Source: Fistulifera solaris
Taxonomy: Eukaryota
Reading direction: 5' to 3'
Assembly: GCA_030295235.1 (NCBI GenBank)
Contig: AP026132.1
Span: forward strand, 930,001 to 994,000
Length of the DNA stretch: 64,000 bases
Part shown: positions 45,591 through 57,513 of the stretch, piece by piece
How positions within the stretch are numbered: position 1 is the stretch's first letter
Layout: the number at the start of each line of letters is the position of its first letter
Notes under the pieces: model-generated
Database searches by the model: none
What the model was told of the DNA's origin: nothing
Seen by the model: only the letters and a program-made list of their open reading frames with translations
Program-made: the position numbers and the translations under genes

Positions 45591-48375
45591 ATGAATCAAA
45601 TTATCATGATTGCAAGCAAGGCAACGAGGATACAGCGGATACTCTCCCGAAAATGGATTCATTCGACCTCTTTGTCGCCAAAGGAGAGCAGCGAAGCAAT
45701 CTCTGTTTTGGTGCTACCTTGCAGTATTCTCTTCAAAGTTACGTACGGCCTTTTACCACTGCCGTCGCGGTGACAGAACAACAATTTACCCAACTGGAAC
45801 AAGCTTCGAGAGCGTTATTGCAAAAATCATCGGGTACTTTTACAGAGGCGAAAGAATTGATTCAAAATGGCACGCACTATTGTCCACATTGGACACCGAA
45901 CGACTGGAATCCGCCGTCGAACGCCTGCAGGACTTGTATCAATCATTACAAGGCAACGATTCAAACATCGATTGTGCATCCTTTCGTTGTTTGCTACAAG
46001 CGTACAGTCGGTTTCAACCGTATGGACCCCAAGCCTTGGCGATTTTGGAAGCATGGAATCACGTTTGGATGGGTGATATGGAACGATCTCCGACCTTGGC
46101 GGATTATCATTCGGTTTTAGAAGCTTATGCCATGGCATCCAAAGACAGTACGGATATTATGTTGGAAGGTTCACAAGTAGCCTTGGAGGTCTTGCAACGA
46201 CTCGATCAGTGGGGATTTACCATGCAACCAAATCTGCTATCGCATTCGTTGGCGGTTTGCTGTATCTCGAATGTATTCTTTCACGTCGACAATAGCCAGG
46301 ACCTACGGTCGTTGCATCAAGCGTTTCAAAATAAATATGTGAAGCGGTTACTCGGTGCTTTGGAAGACCCGACGAACGACGTTGCCATGAATCAAGAGAC
46401 TCGACATTGGGCGACCATGGCATTGGGATCCGTTATCCGGTATTTTGCGATAATGGATGGGAATGGCAGTGTTGACAATCCTGAACGAATGGCGTATGCC
46501 GGATGGATGCAGCAATGGATCAGCTTGTCTCGCGACTACTGGATGCAATTGAACGACGACACGGAAGCGGGTTTTTACGAACAAAGAATACAGCGATGGA
46601 AAGAGCACGTCGACATGACAGCACTGTCGTTTTTCAAACAAGTCGAAAAGGCGAGTTCTCTGTCAGATCGCTTACACGACAATCGTACGGTACTATCTCG
46701 AATTTTGGACGATACCCTGCTGTTGATCGAAAAGATCAATGCAAAGCCGCTACATACGGAACATTATTATCGAGCCATTAAAGCTGCGAAGCGCACTCGC
46801 TGTGTGGACGAAAATGCTGTAATAAATTGGGCGGAAAGGATGCGCGCAAATCACACAGCATTCGCGACGGATGAATCCATTCAACCACCGGAACAAACAA
46901 AAGCCTGGAACTGCTTGATGATGGCATATCATGAAATGGGCAACCACGATGAAGTTCTTCGTCTTTGGCAAGACTTAAATCGGTCTTCTCATGTTCGAAA
47001 GGATTCAATATCGTTTGCAATCATCTTAAAATCTCTCGCAAAGCAAGGGACATTCAAAGCAGCTCAAAAAGCTCATGCCATATGGAAGAAGATGGTCTCT
47101 ATAGATACAGCAAAACGATATATACATCCAACATCTGTGCACTATGCTCATGTCATGTCCGCTTGGTCGAATTCGCGAGATCCTCGTGCGCACACGTTTT
47201 GTCAGGACATTATGGATCACTTGTTGGAAGAAAGCGTGCATGATCCCAACTTAGAGCCAGGGCTCGCACATTACACATCGTTGATTGGCTCTCACGGCTG
47301 GAGTAGAGGAGATTTTGAATCAAAAGACGTGTCTTCAAGGCCATCAACGATCTAGTAAAATCCGGATTAACACTTGATATGCAGGCGTATCAAGCATGCT
47401 TTGCGGCATTGACCAGAACGCAGAGCACAGATGGTGCTGCGGTTGCGCAACAATTACTGTGGCAAAGCATCAAACAAGGCTTACAACCGGATGCAAGATG
47501 CTTCCAAGCTGTCCTAAGGGCATGGGCGGAAAGCAAGGATCCGCAAGCATTTAACAACTGCGAAAAACTGATCGTGGAACTGGAATCGTCCTATCTAGCA
47601 TCTGGGAAGCAATCTTCGTTTCGCCCCAATTCACATTGTTATGTAAGCATGATTATGGCGACAATGTATACGGCTGGAAACTGCGGACCAACTGCTGAAT
47701 CGATTTTAAATAGAATGGTCAATGCAGCGAAACAGAACATGGCAGATGAACCCGACAAAGCGGTTTACTCTTCCGTTATGAAAGCTTACGCTCATGACGG
47801 GTCGGAGACTGACGTTGAAAGGATATACCAAAGGATGGAAAAAGCCTTTGCCGATGGAAATTACAAAGCCACACCAGATAGTAGAAGCTGTGCGATTCTA
47901 TTGCATGCTTGGGCCAAAAGTGAAGACCCAGAGAAGGCATTTCGGACGAGACAAATGTTGGTTGACATGTTCAAGGCATACGAAAGCGGGAACGTGGACA
48001 TGATGCCCAACATTCAATGTTACAACGCTACTCTAAATTCCTGTGCCTTCTCTGATTCGAAAAACGAGGAGCAAAACACGGAAATAGTTCGTCTTGCCCT
48101 CGAAACCATCACTGACATGGAAAAATATCACGGCGAGATTACTGAATATGCTTTCCGTCAAATATTCCACATCCTCGGCCGTTTTGTAGCTGATAAGGCT
48201 GACCGGCTGGACCTTACGGCCACTCTTTTCCAGAAATGCTGTCAATCTGGTTACGTGAGGCGAACACGTCATGCGAGTAATTAAATCTCGCATTCCAGAA
48301 TTTTACAGCAAGCTTCCAGGAGATAACATAGCGAGACTTCCGTCGCAGTGGACGCGCCGAGTTGTCTCGCAGTGA
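45591..48375 (+). CDS. Pentatricopeptide-repeat (PPR) protein, probably mitochondrial
   Basis: Many ~35-aa helical repeats (e.g. PTSVHYAHVMSAWSNS, PDARCFQAVLRAWAES, PNIQCYNATLNSCA). Arg/Ser-rich presequence MIASKATRIQRILSRKWIHSTS. Indels near 45681, 45865, 47323 and 48260. Ends ..LPSQWTRRV. Confidence 0.88.
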
Positions 48376-48434
48376 CCTATTGACAATTATAAAAGTACTT
48401 GTTAACAAAAGGGATAACGCATTTTCTATCCGCA

Positions 48435-50378
48435 CTACCTGCTTAATGAATCTATTACGCTCTGATTTCTCACAAATTTCAAAATGCGGTCTTCGTTTGA
48501 CTTGACGCTGATGAGTTTCGAAACCTGAACAGCTGTCATGGACGTGACATCCTCGCCGTCGACGGATATTAGGCGATCGCCGACAACCACTTTGTCCGCC
48601 AAAACAGACTCCGGTTTAATTGCATGGACGATGGGCACACCACCGTTGGGTGTGTCAATCACCATACCCAATTTTCCAGGAGGCACGTGTACCTCAAACT
48701 TTTTGTCTTCTGGAGGCTGATCGTCTTCATATTGCTGTTCAAACGACGCGTCATCCGCAAACACCCGAGGGAACGTCGCTGTCGTTTTCCCACTAGGTCC
48801 CGAATCCACAGATAGCAGACGTTCGCGCGCTTGTCCCATAAGATACTCCTTCGCGTAGTCATAATCATCCGCTACGCTCGCTGTTCGTTCGTCACGGTCA
48901 ACAACATCCATCGCCATCACACCCGTGAACACTGGATCGCCCAACGTGCTGACATCGTCCTGTCGATCCACAACAATTTCGGTCTGAATGCGATTCGGTG
49001 CCTCACTTCCTGTCAAAGCCGTCTCCGTATACACTTGCTTGCTGGGTGGATCTTGGTATTGTTGGCTGCGGCGCGAAAGATAAAGGCCGCTATAGCGAGT
49101 CCCACAACGCCACCAACGATCCCACCAATGATAATTCCCAAATTCTTGCTTTCAGTCGGTTCGACTGCTTCTTCTTCTGGTTTTTCGCCATCCACCAATA
49201 AACTCACCGATTCGAGTGCTGCAAACTCGGAATTCTTTTCTTTCAATCGCGCAATATACGAATTTCGTTCCTCGTTACTATTGAATGCTTCTTCTACCAA
49301 TAACGCGGCATCGAACGGATCATTCTGTGGGGAATCCTGATACTCGATCAAGATCGACAAGGCCACTTGCAGTGGAGCGACACTTTGTAACTGGCGTCGT
49401 CGGTCACTACTTTCGACCACCTCCTGATTATTGATGGTCGTTTCCACGGTAAAATTGGCAATTTGGTAACCATCCAGTTCGGTCGTTTGTTTGATATGCG
49501 CTGCCGTAGCCGACTCAAAGTCAATGGCAGCACGACCCCGTAACAAACCGTTCATCGACTCCAACAACATGATGACATTGACTAGTTCGGAGGACAACGG
49601 CACCGAGGAGGGCCGTACCGTGGGTCGTACCGAGGGAGGTGTGGCCGATGGTGCGATGGAAGGACGTTCCGTGGGAATGTCGGGCAACGTTGGCAACTGC
49701 AGCGCGGTCGGCGATGGAGTTTCCGCCGCCCCCGAGGGTTCACTCGTCGTCAGTGGCGTTGTCGGTAATTGAGTTGTTTCGAGGAATGTGGGCAATGCAG
49801 AAGGTAGGATGGATGGGGCATCCGAAGGCCGGGGAGTCGGTTTTCTCGTCGGTTTGGGGGTCGGTTCTACGGTTGGGACTAAACTCGGTATTTCCGAAGG
49901 AGCTCGGGAAGGCCAAGGCGTGGGACTTGGTGTCGGTGACTTCGTCCGAGGAAACGTTGGCCGAGGCGTGGGTGGTCGGACTGGCGCTGTCACTGGCTGT
50001 GCGACTGGTTGCGATACCGGCTCTGCCACCGGTCGTACCACTGGAGCGGCGATCGGTTGCGACGCGACCGGTCCTAGCGAAGTGGGTGTCACGACAGGGG
50101 AAGGAATAATCACGATACTGGGAGTCGAGGGGAACGATATAACCGCTAAAGAAATAGAATGTGAGAGGCCTATCCTTGTTTTGCCTTACTTTCAGCTCAT
50201 GAACTCGAAACTTACGTTGTTGTCCTTGTACTGAAACGGGAGAGCAAGCAGCTATTACTAAAACGATCCAGCAGCACCATGTATTCGGAAAGAGACGACA
50301 AGACAGGTGTAAATGGTCGGCAGCATGATCAGTATTGCTTTCCCCTCCGAGCCTTATCCGTCGACTTGTTGACTCCAT
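48435..50378 (-). CDS. Type I membrane protein: Pro/Thr/Ser-rich stalk, globular ectodomain, TM helix, cytosolic PDZ domain
   Basis: Exon 50378-50216, phase-1 intron 50146..50215. PTxxP repeats. TM LGIIIGGIVGGVVGLAIAAFIF. -1 indel near 49077. PDZ PPGKLGMVID..VHAIKPES..VGDRLISVDG. Confidence 0.85.
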
Positions 50379-51095
50379 ATTGATTTTATTTTTGACAAGT
50401 CGAAAGATTAGGTTGAACCAACAAGGATGGAAGTCGTTTGTGGTTTGTGGGGATGGGCGTTTGTTGTACTCCGAGTAATTCAGCCAATCCAAAACAAGGA
50501 AAGCGACGCAGAGTAAAGCACAATTAAATCAGCGCAATGCTTTGAGCAACAATCACTCTTTTCTCTTTCTTTGATAACAACAGAAACGCGGATTGTTTCC
50601 TTTTCTCGTGGTAGGTTCCAGTACCAGGTGGAGACGAACAACGTCGTCGCAATACTCATTGCGTCGTCGTGCGCTTTGTTGCTGTTTGGCCGAGGTTGAC
50701 TTTCAACGGATACGAAACATCCGGCCACGAACGTTCGGTGCTTTGCGCCCAAGTGGAATGAGGCCTGCCGGCGCTGCTTTGAAAATAATTGATAAAAAGC
50801 GGGACTGATTAAAATTAAGCAGGAAACGTGATAACGAGGACGTCATCCAGTGCCGCACGAACCAACGATACAGCAGTGTACAATCGATCTTGCCGTCAGG
50901 TTGACTGGGTTGACGCATTCGAGCAATCTGACGAAACAACCAGGAACGTAGAATAATTGAAATACAAATCAAACGATGATCAGTGTTATGAGAAGCGCAA
51001 AGACGACAATAAGGACGACGAGATCATCCTTGCATTGTGTATGTTCGAGGCCTCGCGAGTCTGGCTACCGACTATAGTGAAAACTGTAGTCTGTT

Positions 51096-51420
51096 ACCTA
51101 CATCGTTAAAATTCCTAGGAGGCCAACGTGGAACACACGTAGACTTTCAATGCCTTGCATCTTTCATCGTTTCGTAGCTTTCAGTCAAGCCAACGTCGAT
51201 AATTGTTAATTGGTATAAAGTAGCTATGTTGATGAGACCAGAAAATATGGAGGATTGCTGTTATCACGATGTATACAAAGTACTCGAATAATGCGTACAC
51301 TGATTCACGACTCGCGACTGAAATGCAGTCGTGGTCTCCCCTGAACCATCACTTTGGGCCTATAGTAAAATTTGAGACAACGTTTCACAGGACTTTTCAA
51401 CGAGTAACACAATGATGTGT
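51096..51420 (+). repeat. Dyad element copy (51096-51165) and tripartite-motif copy (51305-51417)
   Basis: TACCTACATCGTTAAAATTCCTAGGAGGCCAACGTGGAACACACGTAGACTTTCAATGCCTTGCATCTTTC matches 35705-35775. The second part matches 16092-16200. Confidence 0.8.
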
Positions 51421-51717
51421 AATGCAAACGCTGCTAATGACTATGCATTGCAACATCGACAAAAGGAGCTCAAGATATTATGCTGAACAACTTAATTTTA
51501 GGCAGCATTGTCGCTCATATAATTGAATTAATGACTGAATTGCAGCCTTGGATGAGTCAAAGTACACTTTCGATTATAGTATTTATAGTGGTCGTGCTTT
51601 GAGACAAACGGAAATTCTGAAGTGCTGTGTGCTGTGTCAAAAGTCAAAAAAACCTCCGCACTTCATTACCATTCCTCTCCGAGGGAAAGCAATTCCCATC
51701 ATGCACCTTTTTCCGCA

Positions 51718-52645
51718 ATGACTTTTATTCTTTTGACGCTTGATAAAGATCGTCACGGCATTTGGGTTACTCGATTGGCGGAATGTCTGGAGCAACACGG
51801 AACTATCATTCAAATTTTGTCGATCGAAGAAATCCTTCACGGAACGACCGATCAAATTCTAAAAAAACATCATTGGAAAGGAATCATCAATCGCGTGTCG
51901 GATGCGGCGGATCCCATCTTATTTAAAAGCGTTGTAGCATTCCTGCAGGCAGCGCGCGTCATGGGTATTGCAATTTGGAATGGACCGGATGCTTATTCAT
52001 TGTGTGGAAATAAATGGTGTCATCATATTTTGTTTCAACAAGCGGGTCTTGTCGCTCCAACCACGACGGTGACATTTGGCAGCAAATCACTTCCAAAAGA
52101 TCATACGACGGCTTTCTCGGAGAATGAACCTCTTTTGGCAAAAACCCAACGCCGGTGGTTTTGGAGTAGGAGTGCAGCTGGTCGATCCTCAGGAACGAAA
52201 CGATCTACCATCGTCCAGCGACAATGTCACATTGCTACAGCAATACTTTCCTACCGACCACATTTATCGTGTTTGGTTTTCGAGAGGACGTGTTCAATGT
52301 GGCGTGGTTCGTTCCGTCCGCGGGGAATCCGATTTCACCACCGGTTGTACTGGACAAGTGTGCACGAAACGACCCGCACAAAATAATGAAGCACTTTTTG
52401 TATCGGAAGACATTCAAAGGGAAATTAAATCTTTGTGCCGATTGGTACCCGATGCTCATAGTGGAAGTGTGGAGTTTCTGTACGATGAAAAGGGTCGCCG
52501 TCTTTATTTCGATTTAAACTTGTTGTCCACACTTCCTCTTCCAGAAACAATACAAAACTCCGCTCTTGTGTGGGGAGCGGATTACGACCCGTGGAAGCAA
52601 CAAGCCAATGAAATCTTGAGTTTCTTCGGTGATCATATCATCTAA
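51718..52645 (+). CDS. ATP-grasp ligase (RimK-like)
   Basis: INRVSD, NGPDAYSLCGNK, LAKPNAGGFG (after removing one extra A at 52140-52144), LQQY, YRVWF, GSVEFL, YFDLN. Confidence 0.75.
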
Positions 52646-52734
52646 TCCACTAAACTTATAAATTTTTCTTACCTCGAACGCTGAATCTATTTGAGTCAAC
52701 ATTCGTGGTTTTCTCAATATCACCAACAGAATCA

Positions 52735-54025
52735 CAGAACTTCTGTAGGATCCATAATATTGTGTTCCAACGTTTGGTGAACGTCCACAAAATTTAAGTC
52801 AGATGAAAACACCCTGGTCCAGAATTTCTGGACCATCCACAGAATTTCTGGACCATCCACAGAATTTCTGTATGACGAGATCGCAAATTCCAGAATTTCT
52901 GGAATTTACATGAGAACGCTATTTGATATAAAATACCGTGTCGAGACTTTGTGGAAGCTTCACAGAACTTCGTTAGGATCCATAAGATTGAGGTCCAACG
53001 TTTCTTGAACGGCCAAAGGATTTCTGTATGACGAGATCGCAAATTCCAGAATTTCTGGAATATACATAGGAACGCTATTCGATGGAAAATACCGCGTCGA
53101 GACTTTGTGGAAGCTTCACAGAACTTCTGTAGGATCCATAATATTGAGTTCCAACGCTTGTTGAACGTCCACAAAATTTCAGTGAGATGAAAACACCCTG
53201 GTCCAGAATTTCTGGACCATCCACAGAATTTCTGTAAGACGAGATCGCAAATTCCAGAATTTCTGGAATTTACATGAGAACGCTATTCGATGAAAAATAC
53301 CGTGTCAAGACTTTGTGGAAGCTTCTCAGAACTTCTGTAGGATCCATAATATTGAGTTCCAACGTTTGTTGAACGTCCACAAAATTTCAGTCAGATGAAA
53401 ACACCCTGGTCCAGAATTTTTGGACCTTCCGCAGAATTTCTGTATGATGAGATCGCAAATTCCAGAATTTCTGGAATTTACATGAGAACGCTATTCGATG
53501 GAAAATACCGCGTCGAGCCTTTGTGGAAGCTTCACAGAACTTCGTTAGGATTCATAATATTGAGGACCAACGTTTCTTGAATGGCCAAAGGATTTCTGTA
53601 TGATGGGATCGCAAATTCCAGATTTTCTGGAATTCACATAGGAACGCTATTCGATGGAAAATACCGCGTCGAGACTTTGTGAAAGCTTCACAGAACGTCG
53701 TTAGGATCCATAATATTGAGTTCCAACGTTTGTTGAACGTCCACAAAATTTCAGTGAGATGAAAACACCCTGGTCCAGAATTTCTGGACCAACCACAGAA
53801 TTTCTGTAAGACGAGATCGCAAATTCCAGAATTTCTGGAATTTACATGAGAACGCTATTCGAAGAAAAATATCTTGTCCAGACTTTGTATTTGTGAACGC
53901 TTCTCAGAACTTCGTTAGGATTCATAATATTGAGTTCCAACGTTTGTTGAACGTCCACAAGATTTCTGTGAGATGAAAACACACGGTCCAGAATTTTTGG
54001 ACCTTCCACAGAATTTCTGTATGAA
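52735..54025. repeat. Palindrome-rich tandem array with long (~208 bp) and short (~155 bp) monomers in a ~572-bp higher-order repeat
   Basis: AGGAT(C/T)CATAA at 52747, 52976, 53131, 53339, 53547, 53703 and 53917 (spacings 229, 155, 208, 208, 156, 214). Confidence 0.97.
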
Positions 54026-54358
54026 TCTGCTTGAAGTATTGTAGAATTTACTGTAGTCTAGACAAGACGACCCTACCTGGTATCACTCGCTAGTTTCTTT
54101 AATTCCCGACCCTTACCGGTACTAGGACGATTAAATATAAAATACAAAAATCACTTGAGCCTTCCGTTGTGGCATTGCCACGCCAGCATCGCTACTCCCT
54201 CGTTTTTTTTCATCGGAAGCACTTGCACAGCAACGACAATCGGATCGTGCATCAAATTGGCAATCAAATACATCATACCCAACGATTCGGTGAAAAGAAC
54301 ATAGAATATACTCATCAGGGTCATAATAGAGACGATTTAACGCTGAAAGAGTCTTGCC

Positions 54359-55254
54359 ATGGCATACGAAAATGAAGAAGTTCGTGTGTGTAAAGTGTAC
54401 GACAGGGACGATGTGTTTACGTTGCTAGTACAGATTGTTCTTGCTCTGTTTGCTCTCGGGTCACTCTATTTCAAGCGGCTACAGGAGGATCCTCGTCGAA
54501 CGTTTCAAACATGGTTTCTCGATGTTTCCAAAACAAGGAATTGGGGCTTGTTACGCGCACGTCTTGAACATGGTAAGACTATATTCATTGATTTTTCGTT
54601 CCGAGGTCTTTGCTTCAGTTGCTCACGTGTTTTATTCAACAATAGATGATCGCGGCGGTAATCTCGCAAAATATAAGAGGCGAATCCGTTTTAGAGGATC
54701 AGTGCGCTTGGTATGGAATGTCTTACATAATTGATACGTCGCTGGGTTTGATTATTGCCATTATGTTTCTGCAAATGCTCGACAAGATTGCGAACGATCG
54801 TCAATGGAGAGCTTTGATGCAGTCTGGTGTTTACAGTGGGGCTGATGCCTTTCCTCATTGGGCAGCTCAGGTTGGTGCTTGGATGGTAATCCTTACCGTC
54901 ACAAAATTCATGATATACATTTTTATGTGGGTCTTCTCGAGCCCGCTAGCTTATATCGGAGGACTCTTGTTTGCGCCCATACAGGGCAATATTCGATTTG
55001 AGCTCGTGTTTGTAATGATTCTTTTCCCTGGCGTCTTGAATGTAATTTACTTCTGGATTGCGGATGGCTTTTTGAAAGCCAAGAAAGAGCATGCGGCCGC
55101 TCACGAGACAGATGGGTTGGAAGATAAACGCGTGGCTTTAGTAGAGGGGGAGACTCAACAAGAAATGGTGACACCATATGCTGCAGCACCATGGAGCTCT
55201 CTGGCGACAAATGCTGACAAAAATGATCACGGAACGGCCACTGCGTCAGTCTAA
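54359..55254 (+). CDS. STIMATE: STIMATE/TMEM110-family membrane protein
   Basis: KRLQEDPRRTFQTWFLDVSKQ..AHVLN, DQCAWY..IDTSLG, SGVY, ELVFVMILFP..N..YFWIADGFLK. Extra A at 54530-54533. Intron 54573..54645. Confidence 0.88.
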
Positions 55255-55730
55255 CGAATCTTTTGTATCACTGTTTATAATACGATAACAAACATCGACA
55301 AGTCATGTTTTTTCTCTTTTGAACCTCTGCTTTGACAACAATTTATAGCTCACGTAAATACTATGGCGACAACGATAACATCGCTTGTCTACGAAACAAA
55401 TCCCGGTTCGATTTGACGTCGGTGACATACTTATCGCTAACTCCATCGTGTATGAGCAATGAGAAAGCCGAAACAACAAAGCCATCCCATTCTAATCTCG
55501 ACAAAATAGTGACCCTATTGACCGATGTAAAGCAAGGGACACGTTACTTGCAGCCTCAAAAGGTATTCAACGTTCTACCCCGACAGCACTTCAGTGAAAA
55601 ATCAAAACAAGCAGACTGCCCTTATATCTTCGTTTAATTGGACAAAATATAGGCTGCATTTTAATTGTACGCGACGATCATGAACGTCGTGATTTTCTTG
55701 CAAATTACGTAATACTGTGCTAACCCGAAT

Positions 55731-56400
55731 CGACTATAGCTGGAATTGTCTTGTCTACTTACTTTAGCGCGACTGCATTTCAATCATGAATCAAAAGTGT
55801 ACCTAAACTAGTCTAAATTATTTTTCGTTCTTCGTTCATGCGACCAGCTAGCTGAGTTATGTATGTTGTCAAAGCGAAGCATTAACTTTGATCAGCATTT
55901 GCATTAACACTCATTGACCAATGATTTATGATGAATGATGAAAACGAAGCAGCTTGAATAGACCACAACACGCTAGACGTCAAGTGACTGAATTACTGAA
56001 TTTTAGTCGCGATCGCGTACAATAAACACTTTACCACTATAGTGAAAATGGCAGTCGACGATACTGTTGCTTTTCGACGCAAATAGTTGCGTTTCGAATG
56101 AAGATGGTAGTTTGATTATGCACTGGTAATACCATGGCATTTAGTTATAGACTTCGCGCTTTTCTTTGACGACCTTTTGGTGCTCTCATTGCTTCGGTGG
56201 CATTTCAAGTGACTGAATTTTAGTCGCAACCAACACTTTACCATCATAGTAAAAATGGCAGTCGACGATACTGATGCTTTTCGACGCAAATAGTTGCGTT
56301 TCGAATGAAGATGATACGTAGTAGTTAGATTATACTTCGCGCTTTTGTTTGGACCTTTTTGGCTTTTTGGTGCTCTCAATGCTTCGGTGGCGTTCCAAGG
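55731..56400. repeat. Inverted solo tripartite motif (55731-55793) plus a two-unit tandem duplication (55981-56400)
   Basis: CAAGTGACTGAATT..TAGTCGC..AACACTTTACCA..ATAGT.AAAATGGCAGTCGACGATACTG..TTTCGACGCAAATAGTTGCGTTTCGAATGAAGATG starts at both 55981 and 56206. Confidence 0.9.
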
Positions 56401-56638
56401 TGAGGCCCTAGCACTAAGTGTACAGTACTGCTTTGCAGACTAAATCATACAGTCGCTAAGTACATATTGAAAACTGTCCGTTGAGCAATGCCGTTGCGGT
56501 TTTACAATGCGCTGAACCTGCACTTGAACAAGATGCGCGACAAGCAAAACACATGTGAGATGTGAGCACAACGAATGCATTGATCAACTTCGACCGTTTT
56601 TCGACCAGCATCGAAGCCTACGTAATATTTTTGTTACC

Positions 56639-57316
56639 ATGAAACCAGCCAACAATATGCTTTCACGATATACAGCCTACATGGCGAATCGATTTTGCGG
56701 CGGGTCGTCGCGTAAATTGATTGCTGGCTGGTGGTAAGGACATGATGCTCCCCAATCGACCCGATCTTAAGGCCCATCGTACAATATTTCTCATTCATTT
56801 TTTATTGTTCTTATCTTATTCAGGTACTCTATCTTAGCGTTGACAGCAGCATTGTCGATTTCTTCACTCACAATCCAAGGGAGACGCCCTTTTGCGGAAT
56901 GCTTCGCCTCCGTGTGGAGTGCCTTACTCCTTTGCGTTCTCAGTGTCGGCGGAACAATGATTATGCGTAAATTCCACAATTCCTTGGCGGTCGGTTTCTT
57001 TTTGGGGGGTGTTGTTGCCAGTAGTCAGCTATTTTTCATGCTTTTCTTGTTTTTCATGGGTTATGGGAAAGATCTAAGAAATCACGGAATGTCCTCGAAA
57101 GCGGAGACAATGATGTCCTTATTTTCCTTGGTACAATCGATACTGCTGGGATCGTTTGCGGCAATCCTAGCGGCTCATCGTTCCGAAATTTTAGACAAGC
57201 CGGGAAATGCTGTCATGGAAATGATGGATGAAATGCACGGCATCGGTAGCAACCAAACTACCGACACAGCGGGTGTCGACGGGGCCTCGTACGAAGCGCC
57301 TTCGGTGAGAGCATGA
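56639..57316 (+). CDS. Small four-TM membrane protein of unknown function
   Basis: First exon ends 56733; intron 56734..56823 (GTAAG..CAG) joins ..LIAGW-W-YSILAL in frame to ORF 56840..57316. Start could be 56639, 56657 or 56681. Confidence 0.75.
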
Positions 57317-57513
57317 GTTCCGTTTTTCTTTCTTGTTCGCGTAAATGACGTATTGTGAGTGTATTTTTTACTAGTTATATTCATTTTCATTCTACCGCTT
57401 TATACTCCGGACGACGCAAGAGTGTCTTCTTTGACAAACAATATGATAGAATACTTTATACTTTGTACCTAACAAGCACAAAAAGGAAAGATTGGTGGTA
57501 CATTCTGAAATTC

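Noticed and set aside
52735..54025. CRISPR-like palindromic repeats, or coding ORFs 52794..53174, 53395..53580 and 53552..53746
   Set aside because: Sequences between the palindromes are themselves repeated. The ORFs are translations of the satellite.
56179..56204. U6 snRNA-like 5' stem (GTGCT..GCTTCGG)
   Set aside because: Not followed by the ACAGAGA box or the rest of U6; lies inside a tandem duplication.
16285..56400. Regular ~20-kb spacing of motif-bearing arrays (16, 36, 56 kb)
   Set aside because: Only three points, and solo copies lie at irregular positions in between; probably coincidence.
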